A DNA stretch of 64,000 bases, from assembly GCA_016180945.1 (NCBI GenBank), contig JACPAG010000001.1, forward strand, positions 133,856 through 197,855. Direction: 5' to 3'. The notes under the pieces were generated by a model. It was not told where the DNA came from and made no database searches. It saw nothing but the letters and a program-made list of their open reading frames with translations. Below, piece by piece: positions 9,634 through 19,648 of this stretch. The position numbers and the translations under genes were made by a program. This DNA comes from Candidatus Aenigmatarchaeota archaeon. GTDB lineage: Archaea > Aenigmatarchaeota > Aenigmatarchaeia > GW2011-AR5. Numbering within the stretch: position 1 is the stretch's first letter; each line of letters opens with the position of its first letter.

Positions 9634-10875
9634 TCAAACCTTAATCTCGTCCCCGTTCTTTGGCGCTATCGCCTGTACGGAAGGGAACGCCTTTTCGATA
9701 TCACGCGCAAATTCCTTTGTCTTTTCGCCGTGGATGCAGATGACCGTTTCCGGGTTCAGCTTTTTGATTATGTGCATCAGCCCCGGTCGCCCGGCGTGCG
9801 CACTAAGCTGGAACTGGTCGAGATGGCAGTGGACGTGGAATTTCTCTTCGGCCGTCTGGAAAATCTTTGTCTCCAATAGGTTTCTCCCGGGCGATTCCTC
9901 GACAAGAAAGCCGGTAAACAAAACCTTGCTCTCCGCCCTGTGCTTCATTTCCCGCAGATAATGGATGGCAGGCCCGCCGCCTAGCATGCCGGCCGTTGCG
10001 ATGATTATCGGATAATGCTGCGCTGCCTTTATCCGCGATTCGTGCCCGTGAACCCAGTGGATCTTTTTTAGTATATTTTTCAGCCTCTTTTTGTCTTTGA
10101 GGTGATAGGAGTATTTCGATACTATGTCGCTTGCTTTCTTGGCCATGCCGTCTAGGGCGATTTTATTCGCATACTTCTCCAGTATCAGCAAAACCTCCTG
10201 CGCCCTGCCTGCGGCAAAAACCGGCAGCAGCACCTTCTCCTCGTTGGAGAGCGCCTCTTCTACGTGTTGTTTTAATCGTTCCTCTTCCTTTTCTCGTGGC
10301 GGATGGTTTTTGTAGGAGTATGTAGACTCTGTGATTAGGACATCAGCTGACTCAGGCAATTTACATCCTGCCAGCAGATTGCTTTCTGTAGTTTGGATGT
10401 CTCCTGTGTAGAAAAGCGTCTTTTTGTTTTTAACCAGCGCGCTTGCCGAGCCGGGTATGTGACCGGCATCGTAAAGCATGCAGGAAAATGCTCCGGTCTT
10501 GAATTTCTCCCTGTAAGAAACGCGACGTGTCCCCTTTACCATTTTTTTGATGTCATTTTTAACAAAAGGCACATTGTAACCGTTCTTCTTTCCCACCTTT
10601 ATCGAGTCCTCCAGCAGCATCTTCGACAAATCAAGCGTCACGTCTGTCATGAATGCACGGGGCTTTGTCTTTTCAAACAGTATCGGCAATCCGCCTGAAT
10701 GGTCCAGATGCGCATGGCTCAGTATAATTGCATCCGTTTTTGCCTTAATCGGGTATTGCGGCGGCTCTGGCTGTATCTTGACGCCGTAGTCAAGCATCAC
10801 TTTCGTTTTTCCATCGCTGACGAGGAATGCGCTTCTTCCGATTTCGTGGCCGTTCCCGAGTATAGAGATTTGCAT
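9634..10875 (-). CDS. beta-CASP MBL ribonuclease (aCPSF2-like)
   Basis: SHAHLDHSG, AGHIPG, ESTY, SAHA and HGE motifs. Confidence 0.88.
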   Translation of the reverse strand: MQISILGNGHEIGRSAFLVSDGKTKVMLDYGVKIQPEPPQYPIKAKTDAIILSHAHLDHSGGLPILFEKTKPRAFMTDVTLDLSKMLLEDSIKVGKKNGYNVPFVKNDIKKMVKGTRRVSYREKFKTGAFSCMLYDAGHIPGSASALVKNKKTLFYTGDIQTTESNLLAGCKLPESADVLITESTYSYKNHPPREKEEERLKQHVEEALSNEEKVLLPVFAAGRAQEVLLILEKYANKIALDGMAKKASDIVSKYSYHLKDKKRLKNILKKIHWVHGHESRIKAAQHYPIIIATAGMLGGGPAIHYLREMKHRAESKVLFTGFLVEESPGRNLLETKIFQTAEEKFHVHCHLDQFQLSAHAGRPGLMHIIKKLNPETVICIHGEKTKEFARDIEKAFPSVQAIAPKNGDEIKV

Positions 10876-10939
10876 ATTCTTTATACATTTATGGCGGGTG
10901 TTAAAAAAGGTTTAAAACCTTTTGCGGAAGCAGGAAACT

Positions 10940-11749
10940 ATGGTCTACACGCCGGCGGGTAGGAACAAGCAGCAGCAGGCATTGGATTATTCGAGCAAGT
11001 TCCAGACTCTTCCAAAATTTCAAGAAAGAATGAACCACACTCTGGGTTTATTGAGGTCGTTTTATGTTCCAGAAGAAGAGGTAATCAGTTTCCACGACTA
11101 CCTTATAAGAGAGTGCAGAAATCTGATTACCCGGTCAATATTTGAAGTGCCTTATATAGATAAGTCTTATGCAGGCGGAATGGACGCAACACAAGTTTTC
11201 ATCGAAGTAGGCCAACTGGAAGCAGGAGAAGCACGACTTCCGTTTACTCCAATTCAGAGGGCATATTTGGCTGTATGGGCCAGGGCCGTGTCAGAAAAGT
11301 TGTCAGATATTGCTAACCGTTACAATATGCCGGAATTATCGCCTGCATTTGAAAGATTCCTTCAGGGGGTTTTGAATCCTCCTCAGGCGCCAGCAAAACC
11401 TAAACTTACCGAGCGTTTGATAGGGATGTTTTCAGCCAAGCTGGCGTCGTATGCGATACCTGAGCAGGGAATTACCAGATATACAGGCATGTTCCAGCTG
11501 TATCTTGGCAAATTAAAAGAGATGCGCCCTCAGGCAGAAGTAAGCGCTTTAGAAGACATGAGCCCGGAAGAGTTGCAGGCATTGGGCACAGAAACAGGAA
11601 GATGGTTTCTTGACGCTGCGCTTTACGGCGATACACAACTTACAGAGAGGGCAAGACAGGAATTCCTTGCCAAAAAGGAAGCGCCAAAGCAAGAAGATCC
11701 AAGGTCTCCTTTCCAAAAGCAGATGGACGATTTGTTTGGCGCCAGATAA
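10940..11749 (+). CDS. Hypothetical protein
   Basis: Long ORF with no recognisable motif. Confidence 0.65.
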   Translation: MVYTPAGRNKQQQALDYSSKFQTLPKFQERMNHTLGLLRSFYVPEEEVISFHDYLIRECRNLITRSIFEVPYIDKSYAGGMDATQVFIEVGQLEAGEARLPFTPIQRAYLAVWARAVSEKLSDIANRYNMPELSPAFERFLQGVLNPPQAPAKPKLTERLIGMFSAKLASYAIPEQGITRYTGMFQLYLGKLKEMRPQAEVSALEDMSPEELQALGTETGRWFLDAALYGDTQLTERARQEFLAKKEAPKQEDPRSPFQKQMDDLFGAR

Positions 11750-11812
11750 ACCTGCCCATCAGCCTTATAAACATTGTTCTCCCAATAAAATAAAAATAAA
11801 CAAAGTGATCGT

Positions 11813-12193
11813 GATGAGCAGCCGATATCGTTCAGTCAGCAAGCCACAGAAGGCCTGGGACTGCTTTTACTCAGGGCGCTCAACAAAAACCAGATTCTTA
11901 TTCTGAAGGAAATTTCAAAAAGTAATGGAGAAAGTATAACCAACGTTCTCAATGGAATAAGTAAGGACAATAAGATAGCAATTTCTACTCTTAAATTAAA
12001 TGCCAGAATTCTTAGGAATCTAGGGTTAATCAGGTTTGGCACTAATTCCCATTTCCATTTAACGGAGTTAACAAAACTAGGTCAAAATATTCTTTCCATA
12101 CTTACTTCTCGGAGTAGCCTAACTGGCAAGGCAGCAGTCTGTAAAACTGTGAATCTCGGTTCGAGTCCGGGCTCTGAGACTCAAGGTGAATAA
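11813..12193 (+). pseudogene. Winged-HTH-like ORF whose ATG is out of frame; its 3' end overlaps tRNA-Tyr
   Basis: One frame reads LLLRALNKNQILIL...STLKLNARILRNLGLI...LTKLG to TAA at 12193, but the ATG at 11813 is in another frame. Confidence 0.5.
12108..12179 (+). tRNA. tRNA-Tyr(GTA), intronless
   Basis: Full cloverleaf: CTCGGAG/CTCTGAG acceptor, C1-G72, A73, anticodon loop CTGTAAA, T-loop TTCGAGT. Confidence 0.8.
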
Positions 12194-12214
12194 ATATGAA
12201 GAGTGATAGGCCCT

Positions 12215-12373
12215 ATGGAGAAGTTCGTGCCGTGCAACGATTGCCATGGGCCTTACAAGGAGGCATGCGACCTTCAGTGCCCAAGGTTATATGAAGGACA
12301 AAGAAAATCACAACTGATAGAAACAGAACAAGCAGGTAAAGAATATCGAATGCCAAGACCTTATGAGCACTAG
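12215..12373 (+). CDS. Small Cys-rich protein (52 aa)
   Basis: MEKFVPCNDCHGPYKEACDLQCPR...; below the ORF track cutoff. Confidence 0.4.
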   Translation: MEKFVPCNDCHGPYKEACDLQCPRLYEGQRKSQLIETEQAGKEYRMPRPYEH

Positions 12374-12505
12374 CATCTTTTATTTTTTCTTTTTTATCTA
12401 AGAAGACATTGTAAATGTCTTCTGGATCCATCTTCCAACAAACCACCGACTAAAGTCGATGGTATATAAGAAAGATGTGATATATAGTAAAAACAAAGTG
12501 ATATC

Positions 12506-13585
12506 ATGGACGTAGAAACAAGGCTCCAATTAATAAAATCAGTTGGAGAAGAAGTGATAACAGAACAGGAATTGAGAGAACTTCTGGAAACGAAGGACCA
12601 TCCTGTCGCCTATGACGGCTTCGAGCCGTCGGGACTTTCTCATCTGCCGTTTGGAGTATTCCGCCCGCTGCTTTTGCAAGACTTAGTCAAGGCAGGCATT
12701 CACTTCAAGCTTTACATAGCCGACTGGTTCGGATGGCTGAACAACAAGATGGGCGGCGACCTGGATAAAATAAAGAAGGTCGGCGACTATTTTATTGAGG
12801 TCTGGAAAGCCGCCGGCGTTCGTAATGTTGAGTTTGTCTGGGCGTCTGACATAATGTCAGACCGCGAATACTGGAAGAAGGTCATACTGATTGCTAAAAA
12901 CACAACGGTCAATCGTGCCAACCGGATGCTTACCATCATGGGCCGCACGCAGGGAGAACTCCAGGAAACAGCCCAATACTTCTATCCGATGATGCAGACA
13001 GCGGATATTTTTGCCCTGAGCGCGGATATATGTCAATTAGGGTTGGACCAGCGCCGGGCGAACATGCTCGCCCGGGAAGTCGGGCCAAAGCTCGGCTGGT
13101 GGAAGCCTGTTGTCGTGTCACATCACATGCTGATGGGGTTGGAGGGCGTGAAGCAGCCGGAAGGATTCGAGGAAAACAGGAAGATGGACGTGGAAATCTC
13201 GTCAAAAATGAGCAAGAGCAGACCACAAACAGCAGTCTTTGTCCACGACAGCAGGGAAGAAATAAAGAAAAAAGTAATGGGTGCGTTCTGCCAGCCGAAA
13301 CAAACAGATAACAGCCCCATGCTTGAATATTCAAAACACCTCATATTCAGACGCTTCGGTAAAATGAAAATAGAAAGGACGCAAAAATTCGGCGGCGACA
13401 TAGAGTTCAACAGTTACGAAGAGCTGGAAAAGGCGTTTAGGGACGGCAGCGTCCATCCGTTGGATTTGAAGAACGCTGTCGCAGAAAATCTGGATGCGAT
13501 GATAAAGCCGGTAAGGGAACATTTCGAGCGCGGCAATGCCAAAGAGCTTTACGAATTTGTGAAGAGGCAGGAAGTGACGAGATAA
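12506..13585 (+). CDS. tyrS: Tyrosine-tRNA ligase
   Basis: YDGFEPSG, YPMMQ, LGLDQ and KMSKS motifs. Confidence 0.95.
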   Translation: MDVETRLQLIKSVGEEVITEQELRELLETKDHPVAYDGFEPSGLSHLPFGVFRPLLLQDLVKAGIHFKLYIADWFGWLNNKMGGDLDKIKKVGDYFIEVWKAAGVRNVEFVWASDIMSDREYWKKVILIAKNTTVNRANRMLTIMGRTQGELQETAQYFYPMMQTADIFALSADICQLGLDQRRANMLAREVGPKLGWWKPVVVSHHMLMGLEGVKQPEGFEENRKMDVEISSKMSKSRPQTAVFVHDSREEIKKKVMGAFCQPKQTDNSPMLEYSKHLIFRRFGKMKIERTQKFGGDIEFNSYEELEKAFRDGSVHPLDLKNAVAENLDAMIKPVREHFERGNAKELYEFVKRQEVTR

Positions 13586-13639
13586 AGCTTACAAGGATTT
13601 TGAAGATATTTAGAATATGGGGAAAACGGCGAAAATATC

Positions 13640-13918
13640 CTACTCGACATGCACAAGCCTTGCCCTGCTGCGAAAAATTACATGCGCCTGTTCAGAGTAA
13701 TAATTACCCTCTACATCATCATACGGAAACGCATCATAGTTTATAGGAGCCAAATGCCCTGCTTGGGATAATCTGCCCATAGGCAAACCCATAGATCTAT
13801 GGACAACTATGTAATCAACCGGAGAACTTTTTCCAAAACCGAAAATGTCCGGTTCTTCTAAGCTATAGCCAGCCAACACAAAATCACCGGCGAGCTGCAA
13901 TAATCTGAAATTGGGCAT
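13640..13918 (-). CDS. Hypothetical protein
   Basis: 92-aa ORF. Confidence 0.45.
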   Translation of the reverse strand: MPNFRLLQLAGDFVLAGYSLEEPDIFGFGKSSPVDYIVVHRSMGLPMGRLSQAGHLAPINYDAFPYDDVEGNYYSEQAHVIFRSRARLVHVE

Positions 13919-13944
13919 GTATCAAATCTGTAGCAACAAACTAT

Positions 13945-14235
13945 TTATTGATTGAAAAACCAGAAATACCCCCTGTTTATTTTTCCATTCTTTATGATAA
14001 CCCCGTCTTTTTCCAGTAGTTTTATTTTGGACCTTCTTCCACCTTTTCCGCTATAATTTCCAACTTCACCAGAGCTTAAAACAACTTTGTAGCACGGATA
14101 TTTTTCAGGCTCCTTGTTGCATGCCATTATTCTTCCTACAGCACGCGGCGATGAATTTGTCATGCCAGCAAGTATGCCGTATGTGGTTACTTTCCCTCTT
14201 GGTATCTTCTTCAGAAGAAGCAGGGACTCATGCAT
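13945..14235 (-). CDS. O6-methylguanine methyltransferase / ATL-family protein
   Basis: IPRGKVTTYG, PRAVG and PCYKVV motifs. Confidence 0.85.
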   Translation of the reverse strand: MHESLLLLKKIPRGKVTTYGILAGMTNSSPRAVGRIMACNKEPEKYPCYKVVLSSGEVGNYSGKGGRRSKIKLLEKDGVIIKNGKINRGYFWFFNQ

Positions 14236-14263
14236 ATTTAAAAGTTACTGTGAGCTTATTAAA

Positions 14264-14710
14264 ATGGCTTTATATTCGCCAGATATTTTCCGCGATTTTG
14301 TTTCAGAAGCTGCTTTAGCCCGCGCGATGAGGGAACGTGGATCAACCCCTTTAGGAACGTACCTTGTTCGGAGAGGTGACTTGACTCCGGGTACATTAGC
14401 TACAGTTCTGGCATATCATAATAAAATATTTGTCGTCAATCCCGATGAGAGGCAACCTGAGAAAGGCGCACTGCAGCGTCTACCAAAAGAAAAAGCCGCT
14501 GAAAGAAGAGTGCTGCCCTACGCTCTTCAGAATGGGAATAGGTTAGTTGTAGTCATAGGGGCAGACCAAGTAGAAGAGGGGCGTCATTTAGATTTTAAAA
14601 AAGAGCTGGAAGCCGAGACGGGAATGCGCGTTGCTCCAGCTGTGAATCTTGGCGGAGCATTAAGCCGAGCGTATGTAGAACACGCGTATGATGCTCTAAA
14701 GACTGAATAG
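14264..14710 (+). CDS. Stand-alone MshEN / GspE N-terminal-like domain protein
   Basis: PLGTYLVRRGDLTPGTLATVLA then LPKEKAAERRVLP...RLVV. Confidence 0.55.
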   Translation: MALYSPDIFRDFVSEAALARAMRERGSTPLGTYLVRRGDLTPGTLATVLAYHNKIFVVNPDERQPEKGALQRLPKEKAAERRVLPYALQNGNRLVVVIGADQVEEGRHLDFKKELEAETGMRVAPAVNLGGALSRAYVEHAYDALKTE

Positions 14711-14783
14711 GCCTAGTTCTAAGAGTTTTCAATTAAGAGTGCAGACCTTGCGATTTAAATCCGCTTCCATAAACTAAATATGA

Positions 14784-15257
14784 ATGAAATACGTTTTAAT
14801 CATTTTATTTGCAATTTTGATAGCAGGTTGCGTAACTAACGGTGATGCTATGACTGTCAAGAAAGGCGACCACGTTTTCGTGAACTATACAGGCACGCTT
14901 GAAAATGGAACCAAATTTGATTCTTCAGAAGGCAGAGAACCGTTGGAATTCGACGTGGGCGCCGGCCAGATGATAAAAGGATTTGACGCCGCGGTTGTCG
15001 GCATGAAAACCGGCGAGGAGAAGACTGTAAAAATAAAAGCGGCAGATGCCTATGGTGAAGCAGACCCGAGAAACGTCATAGATGTACCGAAAAGTAACGT
15101 GCCACCCGGCGTCAAAGCAGGTGACACGCTCTACTCTCAGGGGCAGCCTGTTAAGGTAGTCGGCGTTACTAACAATACTGTTAAACTTGATGCCAACCAT
15201 CCGTTGGCCGGCAAGGACCTGACGTTCAAAATAAAGCTCGTGAAGATAGGGAAGTGA
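14784..15257 (+). CDS. FKBP-type peptidyl-prolyl isomerase (SlyD-like) with lipoprotein-like leader
   Basis: VNYTG...FDSS, GQMIKGF and DANHPLAGK motifs. Confidence 0.9.
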   Translation: MKYVLIILFAILIAGCVTNGDAMTVKKGDHVFVNYTGTLENGTKFDSSEGREPLEFDVGAGQMIKGFDAAVVGMKTGEEKTVKIKAADAYGEADPRNVIDVPKSNVPPGVKAGDTLYSQGQPVKVVGVTNNTVKLDANHPLAGKDLTFKIKLVKIGK

Positions 15258-15261
15258 TAAT

Positions 15262-16542
15262 GTGCTGGACATAAGGCTCGTGCGCGAAAATCCGAAGATT
15301 ATAGAAGCTGATTTGAAAAAGCGTTTCCAGGAAGACAAGTTGAAGTTGTTGAAGGAGTTAATAGACAAAGATAAAGAAAGGCGTGAACTGATACAACAGG
15401 TAGAAAGCCTAAAGCATCAGCGCAACATCCTTACAAAAGCAATAGCAGGACTGAAAGCCGGGAAAAAGCCGGCGGCGAAAAAGCTCGCTGAAGTGAAAAA
15501 AGTCCCGGAAAAGATAAGGTCATTGGACGAAAAGCTGGCAAAGCTTAACGATGAATGCAGCAACGCATTGATGCGGCTGCCTAATCTGCTGCATGATTCT
15601 GTGCCTGCCGGCAAGTCTGAGGACGATAACAGGGAAATTTCCAAATACGGAGATACACCTGATTTTTCTTTCGAGCCAAAAGACCATATAGACCTCGCCG
15701 TCGCGCTTAATTGCATTGACGTCGAGCGCGCCGCCAAAATATCCGGCGCGCGATTCTATTTTTTGAAAAACCAGCTGGCCTTGCTTGACATGGCCTTGAT
15801 GAGATGCGCCGTCGACTTCCTTGTAAAAAGAAATTTTTCATTTTCCATTCCGCCGTATCTTATGAGAAGAAAGCCGTACGAAGGGGTCGTTGACTTGAAT
15901 GATTTCGAAGGGGTGCTTTACAAGATAGAAGGCGAGGACCTTTATCTGATTGCAACCAGCGAGCACCCACTCACGGCGCAGCACATGGACGAGACGCTTT
16001 CAAAATTGCCGATAAAGTATGCGGGTCTTTCAACTAATTTCAGAAAAGAAGCCGGCGCGCACGGCAAAGACACGAAAGGCATATTCAGGGTCCACCAGTT
16101 CAACAAAGTCGAGCAGATAGTCATATGCCGCCCTGAAGAAAGCTGGTCATTCCACGAACAGCTGATAAAAAACGCCGAAGAATTTTTGCAGTCGTTGGAG
16201 TTGCCTTTCAGAAAAATGCTGATGTGTTCCGTCGAGACCGGCTCTGTAGCTTCGAAAAAATACGACCTGGAAGCGTGGATGCCTGCCCAGAAACGTTTCA
16301 GAGAAGTCGTCTCCTGCAGCAACTGCACGGACTATCAGGCCAGGCGGCTGAACATAAAATACCGCGAAAAAGACGGCGAAGCGCCCAAAGGATTTGTCCA
16401 TACTCTTAACTCTACGCTCGTTACAGACCGTGTCCTTGTCGCCATACTGGAAAACAACCAGCAACGGGATGGCTCGATAACCATCCCGAAAGCACTGCAG
16501 CCGTATTGCGGTTTTGCAGAGATAAAAAAGACTAACCTTTAA
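15262..16542 (+). CDS. serS: Serine-tRNA ligase
   Basis: ATSEH, FRKEAG, RVHQFNKVE, SCSNCTDYQ and HTLN motifs. Confidence 0.95.
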   Translation: MLDIRLVRENPKIIEADLKKRFQEDKLKLLKELIDKDKERRELIQQVESLKHQRNILTKAIAGLKAGKKPAAKKLAEVKKVPEKIRSLDEKLAKLNDECSNALMRLPNLLHDSVPAGKSEDDNREISKYGDTPDFSFEPKDHIDLAVALNCIDVERAAKISGARFYFLKNQLALLDMALMRCAVDFLVKRNFSFSIPPYLMRRKPYEGVVDLNDFEGVLYKIEGEDLYLIATSEHPLTAQHMDETLSKLPIKYAGLSTNFRKEAGAHGKDTKGIFRVHQFNKVEQIVICRPEESWSFHEQLIKNAEEFLQSLELPFRKMLMCSVETGSVASKKYDLEAWMPAQKRFREVVSCSNCTDYQARRLNIKYREKDGEAPKGFVHTLNSTLVTDRVLVAILENNQQRDGSITIPKALQPYCGFAEIKKTNL

Positions 16543-16612
16543 ATATTTCTTCTTATATTATAACCTGAAAGCAGGTTTTGTTGAATATTTACAATTTAGT
16601 TGAACGACTAGA

Positions 16613-16670
16613 AACAAACCGACGCAACCCAAAAAGACGCACAACTGTGCGTCAGTCTTCGTTGCGTCAA
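16613..16670 (+). repeat. Nested C-type palindrome (GACGCA...TGCGTC inside GACGCA...TGCGTC)
   Basis: 55/58 identical to a segment of the tRNA-Val intron (reverse complement of about 54485-54542). Confidence 0.85.
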
Positions 16671-16688
16671 ACAACGACGTGAACATAC

Positions 16689-18881
16689 ATGGGTTATACA
16701 TTAATTCTATGCGAGAAACCAACCGCCTCTAAGGCCGTTGCCGAAGCCCTGGCAGACGGAAAGCCAACAAAGAAAGGCGAGGAGAACAGCCGCGCAACAT
16801 GGTACGAGTTTAGCAGAGACGGGCAAAGGTTTGTCGTCGCCCCTGCCGTCGGTCATTTGTTTACATTAAAACAAACAGACAAGGGCTGGGCTTACCCCGC
16901 ATTCAATGTCGACTGGATTCCTTCTTACAAGGCCAATAAATTTGCAGCTTTCTCAGAGCCTTATTTCAGGAATATAGAAAATCTTGCAAAGGACGCGAAA
17001 GACGTTATCGTTGCGACAGACTACGACGACGAGGGCGAGGTCATCGCCTTCAACATCCTCCGTTTTCTTTTAGGCCGGAAAGACGCCTTGCGGATGCGCT
17101 TCTCCACAATGACAAAGGAAGAGCTTATCGGAAGCTACGAGCATGCCATGAAGCACCTTAACAAGAATCTGATAGAATCAGGACTTGCGCGCCATTATCT
17201 GGACTATTACTGGGGCATTTCCCTTAGCCGGGCGTTGACCAATGCCATCAAAGTCGCCAATAAGCGTTTCAGGATACTTTCAACAGGAAGAGTTCAAGGG
17301 CCAACACTACACCTCTTAGCAAAGCACGAGAAGAAGATCAAGGCATTCAAATCCAAGCCGTTCTGGGAGATAGAGCTTGACGTCCAGGTCGGCAAACAGG
17401 TTATGAAAGCCCGGCACGCAAAAGACAAGTTCTGGAGCAAAGACGAAGCCGAAAGCGTATTGTCAAAAGTGAAGAACAAGGACGCCGTCATAAGGAACGT
17501 AAAGAAAAAGATCATGACGCAGAAGCCGCCGAAACCGTACAACACCACGTCGCTTTTGGCCGATATTTACCGCTACTTCGGTTATTCGCCCCAGCAGGGC
17601 ATGGCCATAGCCGAAGCGTTGTATCAGGCCGCCTTAATCTCGTATCCAAGAACATCTTCGGAGAAGCTTCCTCCGGACATCAATTACAAGAAAATAATCT
17701 CAGCCCTCCGCAACCAGAAAAGTTATGAAAAAGATGCCGTGTCCTTGCTTTCAGGCATGCTCAAGCCGGAAGAAGGTGCCAGGACAGACGCCGCCCACCC
17801 GGCTATTTATCCGACAGGCGAATACAAAAGGATGGGCGATAAGCAGCAGAAGGTTTACGACCTTGTCGTCCGCCGTTTCCTCGCCTGTTTCGGCGCTCCT
17901 GCGAAGCGGGAAAGCCAGCGCATAGAGCTGGATGTTGCCGGCGAGATATTCTTTTTTCACGGCACCAAAACCATAGAAGCCGGCTGGACCGCATTGTACG
18001 GCAAATACGCCCAGCGCGAGGAAATTCTGCTGCCGAAAATATCCGCCGCCGACAGGTTTGATGTCAAAAAATCCGAAGCCCTGTCAAAAGAGACCCAGCC
18101 CCCGCCACGATTTTCGCAGGGTTCTGTGCTAAAGGAAATGGAGCAAAAATCTTTAGGAACCAAAAGTACTAGGTCACAAATCCTCCAGATACTTTACAAC
18201 CGTGGCTACATCATAGGCAAAAGCATCGAAGTGACAGAGCTTGGTTCTCAATTGGTCGATATACTGGAAAAGAATGTTCCCGATGTCGTCTCCGAACGTT
18301 TGACAAGCCATTTTGAAGAGCTCACAGACAGCATAGAAACGGGAAAGGTTGACAGGGAAACGGTAATGGCAGAAGCGCGTGACCAGCTGGTAAAGACATG
18401 CGACGAGTTCAGAAAAAAAGAGAAAAAGATAGGCGAAGAACTGACCAAGGCCGTCATAGCAACCCAGGACAAGCAGTCCATATTAGGCACCTGCATCAAA
18501 TGCAGCGGCACGCTCAAGGTCCACAAGATGTGGCGGACAGGAAAAAGATTTGTAGGATGCAGCGGCTACAAGAAAGGTTGCCGGGTCGGATTTCCGCTTC
18601 CGAGGGAAGGCGTCATAATGTCTACCGAAAAGATATGCGAGGAATGCAAGACGCCTATAATCCAGGTTTTCCGCCAAGCCGCAAGACCGTTTCGTATGTG
18701 TTTGGACATAACGTGCCCGACGAAAAAGGACTGGCTGGACAAGAGCAAGCTTGCTAAAGCGAAACAGGAAAGCCGGGCTGCCACCAAACTAGCCGAGCAG
18801 CTCAAGTGCGACTGCGGAAAATCATTCAAGTCTAAAAGGGCATTAACCCTTCATAAGAAAACACACAAGACGTCAGAGTAG
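16689..18881 (+). CDS. topA: Type IA DNA topoisomerase with C-terminal Zn ribbons
   Basis: EKP, ATDYDDEGE, GRVQ and ISYPRT motifs. Confidence 0.95.
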   Translation: MGYTLILCEKPTASKAVAEALADGKPTKKGEENSRATWYEFSRDGQRFVVAPAVGHLFTLKQTDKGWAYPAFNVDWIPSYKANKFAAFSEPYFRNIENLAKDAKDVIVATDYDDEGEVIAFNILRFLLGRKDALRMRFSTMTKEELIGSYEHAMKHLNKNLIESGLARHYLDYYWGISLSRALTNAIKVANKRFRILSTGRVQGPTLHLLAKHEKKIKAFKSKPFWEIELDVQVGKQVMKARHAKDKFWSKDEAESVLSKVKNKDAVIRNVKKKIMTQKPPKPYNTTSLLADIYRYFGYSPQQGMAIAEALYQAALISYPRTSSEKLPPDINYKKIISALRNQKSYEKDAVSLLSGMLKPEEGARTDAAHPAIYPTGEYKRMGDKQQKVYDLVVRRFLACFGAPAKRESQRIELDVAGEIFFFHGTKTIEAGWTALYGKYAQREEILLPKISAADRFDVKKSEALSKETQPPPRFSQGSVLKEMEQKSLGTKSTRSQILQILYNRGYIIGKSIEVTELGSQLVDILEKNVPDVVSERLTSHFEELTDSIETGKVDRETVMAEARDQLVKTCDEFRKKEKKIGEELTKAVIATQDKQSILGTCIKCSGTLKVHKMWRTGKRFVGCSGYKKGCRVGFPLPREGVIMSTEKICEECKTPIIQVFRQAARPFRMCLDITCPTKKDWLDKSKLAKAKQESRAATKLAEQLKCDCGKSFKSKRALTLHKKTHKTSE

Positions 18882-18889
18882 GTGTTCGT

Positions 18890-19621
18890 GTGAAAGGCAT
18901 ACTGTTGATACTAGGAATAACGTTTGTGGTGTTTGTTTCAGCCTGTGTCTCCCCTCCTACACAACCAACCAAAACAGACTCTTCCTTTACTTACAAAAAC
19001 GTCGCCATAAAATGGCTCGGTCACGCCGGCTTTGAAATCAGCGGCCCGGAAAAAATCTATGTCGACCCTTTTAAAATCAACAAGTCCGGCACGGCAGATT
19101 TCATTTTATTGACCCACGAGCATTTCGACCACTGCGACCCTGAAAGCGTCAGGAAACTCCAGGGAAAGAATACGGAAATATTTGGCACGCTCAACTGCGT
19201 AAAGCAGTTCACAGGAAGGATAAATACGCTGCGCCCCGGAGAAGAGGCGCGCTATCCGGACGGCATCACAATCACGTCAGTCAGCGCCTATAACCTGAAT
19301 AGCTCATACCATCCGAAGAATTTCGGCCGCGGATTTCTTGTAACTGTGGGCAACGTAACTGTCTACCACGCCGGCGACACGGACTTCATACCTGAGATGG
19401 AAAACATAACAGCAGACATCGCCCTGCTGCCTATAGGCGGCTTGTACACGATGGACGTCGAAGAAGCCGCAGCAGTCGCTAGAACAATAAAGCCGAAGAT
19501 AGTCGTGCCCATGCACTACAACTCCGACGCCTTCGGCATAACGAACATAAGCGCCGACCCTGAAAAACTGAAAGAGCTTCTTAATGGAACTGGCATAGAA
19601 GTGAAGATACTCAAATATTAG
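18890..19621 (+). CDS. Exported MBL-fold hydrolase (UlaG-like)
   Basis: Signal peptide with Cys; WLGHA, THEHFDH, HAGDT and PMHY motifs. Confidence 0.85.
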   Translation: MKGILLILGITFVVFVSACVSPPTQPTKTDSSFTYKNVAIKWLGHAGFEISGPEKIYVDPFKINKSGTADFILLTHEHFDHCDPESVRKLQGKNTEIFGTLNCVKQFTGRINTLRPGEEARYPDGITITSVSAYNLNSSYHPKNFGRGFLVTVGNVTVYHAGDTDFIPEMENITADIALLPIGGLYTMDVEEAAAVARTIKPKIVVPMHYNSDAFGITNISADPEKLKELLNGTGIEVKILKY

Positions 19622-19648
19622 GGATTCTATTAACTTGGCATATAAGTC

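Noticed and set aside
11813-11880. BHB intron explaining the HTH frameshift
   Set aside because: Candidate helices give 25- or 27-nt excisions, neither of which restores the frame
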